From positions 5,551-69,550 of the forward strand of contig CAJTRV010000004.1 of the NCBI GenBank assembly GCA_910578855.1: a stretch of DNA of 64,000 nt. The letters run 5' to 3'. Of the stretch, positions 19,254 to 28,537 are shown one piece after another (the stretch's first letter is position 1; each line of letters begins with the position of its first letter). This stretch comes from an uncultured Bacilli bacterium. Lineage in GTDB: Bacteria; Bacillota_I; Bacilli_A; RF39; UBA660. The notes beneath the pieces were generated by a model, which saw nothing but the letters and a program-made list of their open reading frames with translations, was not told the DNA's origin and ran no database searches. Made by a program: the position numbers and the translations under genes.

Positions 19254-19715
19254 TTATGAATTCTTACAGGTAAGACCATCATCTTCCATCTGTTTTTGAT
19301 ACTTTTTCACATCAATCGTTTTCTTGTTTGCATCATACTTAGGCATAAACTTTTGAATATCTGCTTCCGAAGCCTTGGCAAAATCTAGCTCTAATAACAC
19401 GACAAGATTGTTATCCTTCTGTTTAACCGAAGCTTCGACTCCGGTAGCATTATATGATTCATAGGCTTTTTTTAATGCCTCATAGGCAGCGGTTCTAACA
19501 CTCTCTTGCTGCTTAGAAACATCCATATCAACCGATATCGTCATTTGTTGAATCGCATTTCGCTTGGTCTTTAAAACCATTTTTTGCTCGGTTGGAATCC
19601 CAGAATCTTCCGTATGCTCCGTACAAGTTAAGGTCTTCGTTCCCCCGAAACATCCCGTTACCATGCTTACCATTAAAACAGTAACAACAATGGCAACTCC
19701 TTTTTTCTTTATCAT
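19254..19715 (-). CDS. Small lipoprotein (YehR/DUF1307-like)
   Basis: 153 aa with a signal peptide and lipobox MVTGCFG. Confidence 0.5.
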   Translation of the reverse strand: MIKKKGVAIVVTVLMVSMVTGCFGGTKTLTCTEHTEDSGIPTEQKMVLKTKRNAIQQMTISVDMDVSKQQESVRTAAYEALKKAYESYNATGVEASVKQKDNNLVVLLELDFAKASEADIQKFMPKYDANKKTIDVKKYQKQMEDDGLTCKNS

Positions 19716-19790
19716 TTCCTCACTCCTCCTATTTCAATTATAACATAATTTGACTTTTTTCACCAATGTTTCACATTCAAAAAAACAAGA

Positions 19791-20489
19791 TCAATCACGA
19801 TCTTGCATCATTATAATAATTCGCAAAATATTTAGAATATTCGATACCAAACTCGCCACATAAGTCATCGCTGCTGCTTTCAACATATCAGCGATCCCTT
19901 GTTTTTCGTCTGGTTCGATTAACATTAACTGTTCTAACTGAACTCCAGCTCGTTTAGAAGCATCAAATTCAACTGGCAATGTCACTAGCTGAAATAACAA
20001 TGTCGCACATAACACCAAGATAGAAACCATGAAATATCCTGTCAGTCCACTAAATAAAGAAATGATAATTCCAAAATATCCAAGGTAAGAAACAAGATTT
20101 ACAAATGGTACTAAAGCTGAACGGATTTTCATCATGGAATACCCTTCTTTATCCTGAATCGCATGCCCTACTTCATGGGCAGCAATTGCTAAGGCAGCAA
20201 TCGTTTCCCCATGGAAAATCTGTGACGACAGACGAATCACTTTTCTACTAGGATCGTAGTGATCAGTCAATTCTCCTTTGGTTTCCACCACATAAATCTC
20301 TTGTAACCCATTGGCATCTAGAATAACGCGAGCAGCTTCTGCTCCACTCATCGTTTTCTTATTCTTGATCACTCTAAATCGTCGGTAGGCGCTGCTTATT
20401 TTTGACTGTGCAACAACTACAATGATAATTGCAATAATTGATAATAATATGGTTAAGGGCGTCTCATAGCCCCATGTTAAATAATTCAT
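19791..20489 (-). CDS. Membrane zinc metallopeptidase (YpfJ/Zn_peptidase_2-like)
   Basis: 232 aa with motif HEVGHAIQ between N- and C-terminal TM segments. Confidence 0.7.
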   Translation of the reverse strand: MNYLTWGYETPLTILLSIIAIIIVVVAQSKISSAYRRFRVIKNKKTMSGAEAARVILDANGLQEIYVVETKGELTDHYDPSRKVIRLSSQIFHGETIAALAIAAHEVGHAIQDKEGYSMMKIRSALVPFVNLVSYLGYFGIIISLFSGLTGYFMVSILVLCATLLFQLVTLPVEFDASKRAGVQLEQLMLIEPDEKQGIADMLKAAAMTYVASLVSNILNILRIIIMMQDRD

Positions 20490-21890
20490 TTATTTCTCCT
20501 CTATTTCATATGTCGTACCAACTCTTGTATCTCGAAGCACAATTCCTTGTTTTAAGAGCTCTGATCGAATTCGATCGGCAGTTGCAAAGTCTTTTTGCTC
20601 TTTGGCTTCTTGACGTTTGGCTATTTGTTCTAAAATATATTGTTCTAAATTTTTATCAACTTCAACTGTTTCTAACAATGACAATGATAAAACAGAATCG
20701 AACTTACGTATCAAATCAAGTTTGGTCGCATTGTTACAATCCAATTTCAAGACATCATATAAAACAGTACAAGCATTGGCAGTATTTAAGTCATCCATTA
20801 ACGCTTCCTGAAATTGCCTGTCATACTGAAAAACGATTTTAGAATCAACTTCTCCACTAGAATCTAATAATAAACCTCGTACCCGCTGTTTTAGTTTTTG
20901 ATATGCCTTCGCCGCACTTTCTAATGATTCATAATGAAACAATAACTGTTTACGATAATGCGAACCAAGACAGAAAAAGCGGTAACTAAGTGGATCAAAG
21001 CCTTTTTCTTCTAAGGTTGCCACCGTAATAAATTCCCCAGTTGACTTACTCATCTTCCCACTTGCTATATTCAAGTGTTCATTATGAACCCAATAGTTAC
21101 ACCATTTATGCCCCAAATAGGCCTCACTTTGGGCAATTTCGTTGGTATGATGGGGAAAAATATTATCAACTCCGCCACAGTGAATATCCAATGTTTCCCC
21201 AAGATGACACATCGAGATACAGGAACATTCAATGTGCCAGCCAGGATAACCAATTCCCCATGGACTATCCCACTTCAGCTCCTGATCATCAAACTTTGAC
21301 TTAGTAAACCACAAAACAAAGTCGGCCTGATTTCGCTTACTATCATCATACTCTACCCCAGCCCGTGCTCCTACTACCAAGTCATCTTCCTGATGATTGG
21401 TCAGTTGATAATAATCATCTAGCTTAGATGTATCAAAATAAATATTACCTTGACTCTCATAGGCATACCCTTTGGCTAGTAACGTCTCAATCATTTTAAT
21501 ATAATCAGCAATATGGCTCGTTGCTGGGGAAACAATATCAGGGTATTTAATATTTAATTTTTCACAGTCTTGAAAAAATGCTTTCGTATATAAATCAGCA
21601 ATTTCTAATACCGTTTTATGTTCCCGTTTGGCCCCCTTTAACATTTTATCTTCACCAGTATCTGCATCACTACTAAGATGTCCAACATCGGTAATATTCA
21701 TCACTCTCGTAACCTCGTATCCGATATACCGTAAAGTCTTTTCTAAAATATCTTCCATAATATAATTACGAAGATTTCCAATATGTGCATAGTGATATAC
21801 CGTCGGACCACAAGTATACATTTTTACTTTTCCTTCTTCAAGGGGAACAAATGGTTCGATCTTTCCAGACAATGTGTTATATAATTTCAT
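20490..21890 (-). CDS. cysS: Cysteine--tRNA ligase
   Basis: Class I motifs are HIGN (YAHIGNLRNY) and KMSKS. The start is set at MKLYNTLSG (ATG 21890) with SD ggaggga upstream. Confidence 0.92.
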   Translation of the reverse strand: MKLYNTLSGKIEPFVPLEEGKVKMYTCGPTVYHYAHIGNLRNYIMEDILEKTLRYIGYEVTRVMNITDVGHLSSDADTGEDKMLKGAKREHKTVLEIADLYTKAFFQDCEKLNIKYPDIVSPATSHIADYIKMIETLLAKGYAYESQGNIYFDTSKLDDYYQLTNHQEDDLVVGARAGVEYDDSKRNQADFVLWFTKSKFDDQELKWDSPWGIGYPGWHIECSCISMCHLGETLDIHCGGVDNIFPHHTNEIAQSEAYLGHKWCNYWVHNEHLNIASGKMSKSTGEFITVATLEEKGFDPLSYRFFCLGSHYRKQLLFHYESLESAAKAYQKLKQRVRGLLLDSSGEVDSKIVFQYDRQFQEALMDDLNTANACTVLYDVLKLDCNNATKLDLIRKFDSVLSLSLLETVEVDKNLEQYILEQIAKRQEAKEQKDFATADRIRSELLKQGIVLRDTRVGTTYEIEEK

Positions 21891-21910
21891 AGTTTCCCTC
21901 CACACTATTT

Positions 21911-21938
21911 ATTATATCATATCTCATTTACTTTGGAA
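21911..21938 (-). promoter_or_regulatory. Putative sigma-A promoter of cysS
   Basis: The minus strand reads TTCCAA-16 nt-TATAAT, ending about 20 nt before the start codon. Confidence 0.45.
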
Positions 21939-22028
21939 ATATGTTCGACATCTCTATATTCCGCTATATTTATGGTACCTAGACCAAAAAGATTTAAAAC
22001 TATTTTTACATCTTCTTAAAGTAAGTAT

Positions 22029-22057
22029 TTGAATATTCATCCCCAACATGTTATAAT
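22029..22057 (+). promoter_or_regulatory. Near-consensus sigma-A promoter
   Basis: TTGAAT (22029-22034), a 17-nt spacer, then TATAAT (22052-22057). Confidence 0.6.
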
Positions 22058-22154
22058 ACAACCATTCCAAGTCACGCTTTTAAATACCATAAAAAGAAGT
22101 GAGGAAAATATAATATATATATCTTACTATTTATGTATATTATATTACTTTATA

Positions 22155-22907
22155 ATGAAATATAATTTAGACAAAGAGGCGGCGCTATTTATCGATAGAA
22201 TTAATCATGGTTTTTTCTACCAAGATTACCTAAAAAACGGGGCAAAAAGTTATCACGATACCGGAAAAGCAGACCAAGATGTCCAGACGTTCCTTGATTG
22301 TATGCTTTTAGATTTTCCTGATTTATTCGCCCAGGAAACCCCTTATACAATTAATGTCAAATACAGCGAATTATTAGATCCAATTTATTTTGAAACAATG
22401 AAAAATAGATATAAAATGATTCTAGAAGAAATGATAGCTTTCATTGAAAAAGGTAATCATGAAAATAATTTAATTATAAATACCAATCTTTTAAGTCAGG
22501 CTATTTTGGATTACTTTCTTAATATTCAACATTTAAAGAGTATTTATAATGTTTACAATGTTAACACCGATATCATCTATGCTGATACAGCATTCTGGCT
22601 CTTACGAAAGAAGCCTATTCAAGTTATCCCTACTTTGAATCATGATGAAATAACAATTCCAAACCAAAAGGAAGCAATCAATCAATTCCTATTTATCAAT
22701 GAAGAGTTTGTTGCTTTCCAAATGATAAGTAATCTTTTATCAGACTTAGAAATTAATCCATTCTTATTAAAAACGGAAGAAACACATCTTACTGAGTTTT
22801 ATAATCATTTATTATACTATTTTAAAAATTATGATTTCACATCATTCCATTTAGAGTTAATGGTGAAGGGATTTAGATCCGGCTATACATTCGGTAAAAG
22901 AAAATAA
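22155..22907 (+). CDS. Hypothetical protein; start uncertain
   Basis: The track ORF starts at a TTG that is really the -35 box. The first ATG in frame is 22155 (MKYNLDKEAALF) but it has no clear SD. GAGGAA at about 22101 is followed only by ATA codons. Confidence 0.45.
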   Translation: MKYNLDKEAALFIDRINHGFFYQDYLKNGAKSYHDTGKADQDVQTFLDCMLLDFPDLFAQETPYTINVKYSELLDPIYFETMKNRYKMILEEMIAFIEKGNHENNLIINTNLLSQAILDYFLNIQHLKSIYNVYNVNTDIIYADTAFWLLRKKPIQVIPTLNHDEITIPNQKEAINQFLFINEEFVAFQMISNLLSDLEINPFLLKTEETHLTEFYNHLLYYFKNYDFTSFHLELMVKGFRSGYTFGKRK

Positions 22908-23061
22908 TTTTAATACCTTTCATGCCAAAATAAAAGACTAAATAGCAAAGTTGATTTTCAAAACCGCCTTTGCTACTAGCCTATAAAATTTTAAAATAAA
23001 CCGGTTTATTACAATTGGGAACTTTTCTAAAGTTGCCAGGATCGATTATATATCCCATTGT

Positions 23062-24021
23062 TTAAGAAATTATCTCATAATCTAACAATTCAATTTGATT
23101 AGATAAATAAGCTGCATCAGAATTGATCTCATCGGCATACGAAGTAGATAAATATTTTTTATTATCATCAGGAAAAACGGTTGCAACTACTCCAGGATAA
23201 TCAGCTTGTTCTAAGACAGCTGCTAAAAAATTAGCACCCGAAGAAATTCCTACGCCAAGTCCAAGTTTGGCTGCTAAGAGCCTTGCCATATTAACTGCAT
23301 CATCATCATTAATTAATCGAACATCATCTAATAATGATTGATCGACTAATTCAGGAATAAAATCATCGCCAATTCCCTCAATTTTATGTTGACCGAGTAT
23401 CGCTCCATTTGTCAGCATTGGCATCTTATCAGGTTCTAAAGCTACAACCCGAATACGAGGGTTATTCTCTTTGAGATAAGAGCCAATCCCCATTAATGTT
23501 CCACCCGTTCCAATCCCTGATACAAAACTCGTAACACCAGGAAGCGATTTATATATCTCTAAAGCGGTACTTTTATAATGGGCCTTTCGATTATCAGAAT
23601 TTGAAAATTGATCAGGTCGATATCCACCAAGTGTTTTCGCTAAGGCATCTGCTTTTGCAATACACCCAGCAAACCCACCTTCTGCTTTAGATACCAGTGT
23701 AAGATGGGCGCCATATCGCTTCATCATAAGTTGTCGTTCTTTGCTACACCAATCTGGCATAAAAATATAAACTGAGTGATGATAACGAGCTCCTAACGCT
23801 GCAATCGATATTCCTGTATTCCCACTCGTTGCTTCGATAATCGGCATACCATCTTTTAACATTCCCGTTTGTTTGGCATTCGTTAATATATAATCGACCA
23901 TTCGGTCTTTAATGCTACCTGATAAATTATAGTACTCTAATTTGGTATAACATGAGCCCATCACTCCTTGATATCGATAGTTTATTTTGATCATTGGGGT
24001 ATTTCCAATTAATGTTGTCAT
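23062..24021 (-). CDS. cysK: Cysteine synthase A (O-acetylserine sulfhydrylase)
   Basis: The PLP-lysine motif is SGSIKDR, and TSGNTG is present. The start is set at MTTLIGNTPM (ATG 24021). Confidence 0.85.
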   Translation of the reverse strand: MTTLIGNTPMIKINYRYQGVMGSCYTKLEYYNLSGSIKDRMVDYILTNAKQTGMLKDGMPIIEATSGNTGISIAALGARYHHSVYIFMPDWCSKERQLMMKRYGAHLTLVSKAEGGFAGCIAKADALAKTLGGYRPDQFSNSDNRKAHYKSTALEIYKSLPGVTSFVSGIGTGGTLMGIGSYLKENNPRIRVVALEPDKMPMLTNGAILGQHKIEGIGDDFIPELVDQSLLDDVRLINDDDAVNMARLLAAKLGLGVGISSGANFLAAVLEQADYPGVVATVFPDDNKKYLSTSYADEINSDAAYLSNQIELLDYEIIS

Positions 24022-24092
24022 CTTTTTCCTCACTTTCACATATATTATTATAGCCAATTTTTAAATAATTGCCCTCTTTTTTAGAAATAATG

Positions 24093-24121
24093 TTGCAAAA
24101 TCATCAAACTTATGATATTAT
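24093..24121 (+). promoter_or_regulatory. Sigma-A promoter of the tRNA pair
   Basis: TTGCAA, a 17-nt spacer, then TATTAT. It ends 18 nt before the first tRNA. Confidence 0.6.
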
Positions 24122-24139
24122 TAAATAGCGATGTATCTT

Positions 24140-24216
24140 GGACCTTTAGCTCAGTTGGTTAGAGCATCCGGCTCATAACCGGACGGTCGATGGTTCGAGT
24201 CCATCAAGGTCCACCA
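24140..24216 (+). tRNA. tRNA with CAU anticodon, most likely tRNA-Ile2 (lysidine-modified) rather than Met
   Basis: Cloverleaf folded by hand: acceptor GGACCTT/AAGGTCC, anticodon loop ctCATaa, T-loop GGTTCGAGTCC, encoded CCA. The C4-G69 and C5-G68 pairs match known TilS determinants. Confidence 0.85.
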
Positions 24217-24222
24217 TTACTT

Positions 24223-24307
24223 GCGAGTGTGGCGAAATTGGCAGACGCACTAGACTTAGGATCTAGCGCCTTATGGCATGGGGGTTCAAGTCCCTTCACT
24301 CGCACCA
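24223..24307 (+). tRNA. tRNA-Leu (UAG), class II with long variable arm
   Basis: Acceptor GCGAGTG/CACTCGC, anticodon loop ctTAGga, long variable arm, T-loop TTCAAGT, encoded CCA. Confidence 0.9.
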
Positions 24308-24348
24308 TCGATGAATCTGTTCGAACTATTCGAACTTCATATATAAAT

Positions 24349-24375
24349 ATCAACTCAATTTGGGTTGATTTTTTC
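24349..24375 (+). terminator. Rho-independent terminator after the tRNA pair
   Basis: The sequence is atcaac-(9 nt)-gttgat followed by ttttt. Confidence 0.55.
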
Positions 24376-24589
24376 GTTATATGGAAAATCATCCTACTAA
24401 GAAAAGCTAGTGTCTATGATAAACATTATTAAGCAAGAAATAACTTTTGATGAATCTTTAAAATAAAAATTAGAGTTTATCTATAGTTTTTGCAATACTA
24501 CATCTACTATTTATAATGAATTTATCATATTTCTTCATTATTCTTATCTCCAATGATATCATACTAAGATGTATCACAAGGGTAAATTT

Positions 24590-25135
24590 TTCATTAAAAA
24601 ACGTCTATACCCAAAACTGCACCAGCGTATTTTGACCAAGTTACTTTAAATTCACTTTGGACTACTTTTAGATTAGCAGTAAATTTTATAGTCTTTACTT
24701 GGAACATATTTTAAGAAATTTCTAATTAAACGTACAATACATCTTTGTACAATAACACCTTTAAAGATTCCTTTTGCACCATCCTCAATACCACTGACTT
24801 CATCCATAGAAATAAAGAATATGTCTTCAACACCACGAGTTTTTATCTCATCAAATATTTGCACCCAAGAATGCTTCGATTCTGTCTCATTTAACCAGAT
24901 ACCAGTGAGATCCCTATGACTATCATCATATCCAAGTATTATATAAACAGCACTTTCCGTACGTTCAGATTCATAACACATCATAACATACACATTTCAC
25001 CCTGTAGCATCACCTCAAACATAGGAACAAATACATCTTTTAATACATCCGGCACTTCTTTAGTAGTTTCTGGTTGATAAACACCTAACATTGATTGAAA
25101 TAGCTCATTTTACTTCTCATACTTTTACCTCTTTC
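24590..25135 (-). pseudogene. IS256-family (mutator-type) transposase relic, internally deleted and frameshifted
   Basis: The 106-aa track ORF contains the IS256-like core ...GVEDIFFISMDEVSGIEDGAKGIFKGVIVQRCIVRLIRNFLKYV. Other frames upstream read ...KEVPDVLKDVFVPMFEVMLQGEM (N-terminal region) and downstream ...SEFKVTWSKY. No intact transposase-length ORF and no terminal inverted repeats were identified. Confidence 0.6.
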
Positions 25136-25210
25136 ATTTATTTTATCACACTATAAAAGTGCGTAGCTTTTACTAGACTACACACTTTATTTTACGCACT
25201 CTCGACTTAA

Positions 25211-25558
25211 TTATAATTTGATGCTAATATTTTTAGTTGCTCCCTGATTACCAGTTGCAAATACTTTTATACTTTCTGGATCTGTTAAAAAGTACATGTT
25301 GTAAACTACTTTTTCCCTTATTAATTGTAACCATTTATTATCATCATCAACCATAGATCTACCAAACCTTGAAATTAGAACTAAATCGTCACCAATTTCA
25401 GTTATGTTTCTTTTTATTGTATCAACGTCATTGTGAATAAATCCACATGCATCTGAACAAGCTAAAAGATAATCTAGCGCCTGAAAATCTTCTAAACTTT
25501 GAAGTCGATTCCAAAGCCTACCACTTTTTAAAGTCGTCAAACTTGCTAAACTTATCAA
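25211..25558 (-). CDS. Hypothetical protein, possibly a 5'-truncated remnant
   Basis: The track start is a TTG. The frame stays open 36 more codons upstream with no ATG or SD, and the upstream gene ends only about 90 nt away. Confidence 0.3.
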   Translation of the reverse strand: MISLASLTTLKSGRLWNRLQSLEDFQALDYLLACSDACGFIHNDVDTIKRNITEIGDDLVLISRFGRSMVDDDNKWLQLIREKVVYNMYFLTDPESIKVFATGNQGATKNISIKL

Positions 25559-25645
25559 TAGATGTTCATCAATCCCTAACTCTTGTAAGATAAATGTCGT
25601 CAGTATTGATATATAATATCTCTAAAGTTTAAAAATAACTAAAAA

Positions 25646-26650
25646 TTATAATAGCGTTTTTAATACTAAGTCAATTAAAAAAGAGATCGTTTTAGATTTT
25701 CCATAAAATTGATAAAAAAAGTTTCTAATATAGGTATTATAAATTAAGAATTTTGATATTCTATGATTAAAAATTATAAATCTATCCTTCCACATTCGAA
25801 CTTTATAAAACCAATTCATTGATTTTGATAAATTATAAGAAGATGATACAGCATAATAAATTCCCTCACCACTTACTGGAGAAATAAGACCTGCGGCATC
25901 TCCTACAAAAAATATATCCCCTTTTCTCAGAAAAATATTATTCCCTGTTGGCAAAAAGGCTCCCCTCATAGGAATATCATTCTTTAAATAAAAATGATTT
26001 AAAAATATATTTTGAATATCCGTATTTTGAGAAACATCTCCCAACCCCCTCAAATTAGTTTTATTATTTGAAATAGTCCAAGCATATCCTTTGAAATGAT
26101 TAAAAAAATCTATTTGAATTATTTCGTTTTTTATGGCATTTTCACTTTCAATAGCAAAATTCATTTTCTGACGTTTACCTGTCAAATCATTTCTTACTTT
26201 ACTAAAAACCCCGTCTGCCCCAACTAAATGATTATATTTAAAAGCTTTCTCAGAAGTATATATAATTTTATTTTTAAAATCTATTTTTTCATAACTAGTG
26301 TTATCAATAACTTTCCCACCACATTGTTTAAACTGATTAACTACAAAATCGTCCAAATCTTTTCTATCTATTGTATATATCGAATGCATCTTTATTTCTT
26401 TTGTAATTCCATTATTATTAACCTTAAAAGTATCAAATTTTTTAAAATCTATTTTTGCAAGTTCTGTTCCATATATTTTAAATAAAAGTTTATATGCCTT
26501 CGTTGTAACGATCCCCCCACATAATTTGTTTTTCTTTTTTAAATCTTGACTTTCAACAATCATTACAGTTTGTTTTTTATTTAGAAGAAGATTACCCAAA
26601 GTGCATCCTGCTAATCCCGCTCCTATTATTATAGTATCAAAATACTCCAT
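25646..26650 (-). CDS. FAD-dependent oxidoreductase (geranylgeranyl-reductase-like)
   Basis: 334 aa with an N-terminal dinucleotide fold DTIIIGAGLAGC, a KLCGG motif and GDAAG near the C-terminal third. The gene is very AT-rich. Confidence 0.65.
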   Translation of the reverse strand: MEYFDTIIIGAGLAGCTLGNLLLNKKQTVMIVESQDLKKKNKLCGGIVTTKAYKLLFKIYGTELAKIDFKKFDTFKVNNNGITKEIKMHSIYTIDRKDLDDFVVNQFKQCGGKVIDNTSYEKIDFKNKIIYTSEKAFKYNHLVGADGVFSKVRNDLTGKRQKMNFAIESENAIKNEIIQIDFFNHFKGYAWTISNNKTNLRGLGDVSQNTDIQNIFLNHFYLKNDIPMRGAFLPTGNNIFLRKGDIFFVGDAAGLISPVSGEGIYYAVSSSYNLSKSMNWFYKVRMWKDRFIIFNHRISKFLIYNTYIRNFFYQFYGKSKTISFLIDLVLKTLL

Positions 26651-26937
26651 TTTAACCTCCGATATTTAAATTTTTCCTTTTGATAATTATACCATTTTTT
26701 ATAAATTTATAATAGAATACTAAAATCTTTTTATATGCTTTTTATTTAACCAAAAGTTACATAATTATAATCGATATCGTAAATATAGTATTAAATCAAT
26801 ATAGCTCCATCTTATCCTATTGTATACAACTCTATCTAATTACCGATCCCTGTCCCCTAACCTCATCAAAAATACACGTTATTCATAAAAAATATGCTAT
26901 AATAGTTATAATCATTTTAACCATTGGAGGTGTTGGA

Positions 26938-27537
26938 TTGTCAAAGATATCAAATGTTATAACAATGCTTAATCTTCTAGCAACTGGTAAAAAATATGGC
27001 ATTAAAGAACTCGCTAATCTGCTAGAAGTATCACCAAGAATGATTAGAATATATAAAGAAGAGTTAGAAAAAGCAGGAATCTATATTGATTCTATTATGG
27101 GACCATATGGAGGATATGTCTTAAATCAAACAATTAGAATTCCAAAACGTAAATTTAAACAAGAAGATTATCTATTACTCGATCAACTACTAACGAATCA
27201 TATTTCTAATCTAGAAAAAGAAAAACTAGAACTATTAAAAGATAAAATTAGAGGTATCTACATTGGAAGTACCCAAGAAAGAGTCGAATTAAATTTGGAC
27301 GATTACAATTTAAAAAAATATAATATTTTAACACGAGCCATTAAAGAAAGACAAAAAGTAAATACCTTATATTATTCTTATAACAAAGGTGAACATGAAA
27401 GAGTAATCTGTCCAGCTGAAATGTTTTTATTTAAAGATGGCTGGTATTGTGCCGCCTATTGCACCCTTAAACACGATATGAGACACTTTGAATTAAAACG
27501 AATTAGAAATATAGAACTTTTAGATGATAAATTTTAG
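26938..27537 (+). CDS. HTH plus WYL-domain transcriptional regulator (YafY/BrxR/CapW-like architecture)
   Basis: 199 aa with a TTG start and SD ggagg at 26926-26930. The N-terminal HTH is YGIKELANLLEVSPRMIRIYKEEL. The C-terminal WYL-like segment is FLFKDGWYCAAYC...RHFELKRI. Confidence 0.7.
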   Translation: MSKISNVITMLNLLATGKKYGIKELANLLEVSPRMIRIYKEELEKAGIYIDSIMGPYGGYVLNQTIRIPKRKFKQEDYLLLDQLLTNHISNLEKEKLELLKDKIRGIYIGSTQERVELNLDDYNLKKYNILTRAIKERQKVNTLYYSYNKGEHERVICPAEMFLFKDGWYCAAYCTLKHDMRHFELKRIRNIELLDDKF

Positions 27538-27549
27538 AGTAGACCATAT

Positions 27550-27588
27550 ATTACCTCCTTACGTGATAAGATTCATGTAGGAGGTAAT
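27550..27588 (+). promoter_or_regulatory. Perfect 10-bp inverted repeat that sequesters the SD of the downstream gene
   Basis: attacctcct (27550-27559) pairs with aggaggtaat (27579-27588) across a 19-nt loop. The 3' arm is the SD of the ATG at 27596. Confidence 0.6.
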
Positions 27589-27595
27589 TTTAATT

Positions 27596-28510
27596 ATGAA
27601 AGACAATATGAATGATAATTTTTCTAAATTACAAGCAAGAGTCTTCGATTCTATAGGCAAAACAGATTTACTAGCAATACGAAATATTTTATCTACAATA
27701 AAGGACCCTACACTGGTAAGTGGGGTCGGTGGTTCATCCGTAGTGAGTTTATTTTTATCCAAAGTATTAAGTGCTAAAAATAATATTATATGTGAAGATG
27801 TGACCCCAAGAGACTTAAATTATAAAAATTTACAAGGTTTTAAAAATATCATCGTCTGTAGTTATGGAGGGCTTAACTATGGTGTTACAACAGCCTTTAA
27901 TCATGATTTAACAAAATATTTATTGGCTAGGAACACCAAAGACGAAATCATCAATCTTCAATATCAAAACGATGATCTAGAAAAAAGTTTTATTTCACTG
28001 GCGGCAACTTTAATCCCAATGACTATTTCCTTGATGTATTATTTGGACAATGATCCTACGATTATCTATGAAATTTTGAATTCATCACCTCAGTTTGATT
28101 TTATCGATCATGATATCTATGAAATATTGACTGGATACGAAACGAGCACAGCCGCAAGATTCATGGAATCAACCCTAGTCGAAGCAGGGCTTGCAATTCC
28201 TATCCTCCACGATAAATATGACTATTGTCATGGAAGAACAACATTAGGCTTTCAACAAGATCATGGTTTACTATTCTTTAATAATCATAATGAGTTAGAC
28301 CAACTATATAGCGAGATACTAAATCATGCCTATCACAACATCATCACAATCGATCGAAAATATGATGATCATATTATTAACGATTATTATTTTACCTATA
28401 TAAGTATGCTATTATGTAAGAAAATTGCCGAACAAAAAGGAAAAGATTTATCAAATGTAAGTTATTCGCCACTCGTCAAAAAACTATATTTTTATAAAGG
28501 AGAAATGTAA
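27596..28510 (+). CDS. SIS-domain-like protein of unknown function
   Basis: 304 aa. VSGVGGSSVVSLFLSKVL and IIVCSYGGLNYGV resemble the SIS phosphosugar-binding fold (GxGxS ... S-x-S-G). The C-terminal half is unrecognised. Confidence 0.4.
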   Translation: MKDNMNDNFSKLQARVFDSIGKTDLLAIRNILSTIKDPTLVSGVGGSSVVSLFLSKVLSAKNNIICEDVTPRDLNYKNLQGFKNIIVCSYGGLNYGVTTAFNHDLTKYLLARNTKDEIINLQYQNDDLEKSFISLAATLIPMTISLMYYLDNDPTIIYEILNSSPQFDFIDHDIYEILTGYETSTAARFMESTLVEAGLAIPILHDKYDYCHGRTTLGFQQDHGLLFFNNHNELDQLYSEILNHAYHNIITIDRKYDDHIINDYYFTYISMLLCKKIAEQKGKDLSNVSYSPLVKKLYFYKGEM

Positions 28511-28511
28511 A

Positions 28512-28537
28512 AAAAGTCTACAATTAAATAGACTTTT
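28512..28537. terminator. Bidirectional hairpin between convergent genes
   Basis: The sequence is aaaagtcta-(8 nt)-tagactttt, flanked by A and T runs. It overlaps the stop codon of the FkbM gene. Confidence 0.6.

Noticed and set aside
20438-21304. Plus- and minus-strand ORFs inside cysS (20438-20842, 20617-20811, 21041-21304, 21071-21253, 21075-21299).
   Set aside because: All overlap the well-supported cysS frame, which carries the HIGN and KMSKS motifs. None has an SD.
21891-22028. Possible T-box leader upstream of cysS. GGTACC at about 21975 recalls the T-box GGUGGUACC.
   Set aside because: The minus-strand sequence reads ggtctaggtaccataaa, a poor match to AAnnnGGGTGGTACCGCG. A TTCCAA-16-TATAAT promoter sits only about 20 nt from the start codon, which leaves no room for a 200-nt leader, and I found no terminator/antiterminator pair.
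22029-22154. N-terminal 42 codons of the 292-aa track ORF (start TTG at 22029).
   Set aside because: The TTG is the first half of a TTGAAT -35 box with a perfect 17-nt spacer to TATAAT. The 'codons' are the promoter and leader.
24318-24334. The hairpin gttcgaa-cta-ttcgaac right after tRNA-Leu as a terminator.
   Set aside because: It has no T-run and a 3-nt loop. The hairpin with a T-run at 24349-24375 is the better terminator.
24190-24432. Track ORFs 24190-24432 (+) and 24204-24392 (-).
   Set aside because: They overlap the two tRNA genes and their terminator, so they are chance ORFs.
27559-27762. Minus-strand ORF 27559-27762.
   Set aside because: It overlaps the SD hairpin and the 5' end of the SIS-like gene. 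It has no SD and no recognisable features.
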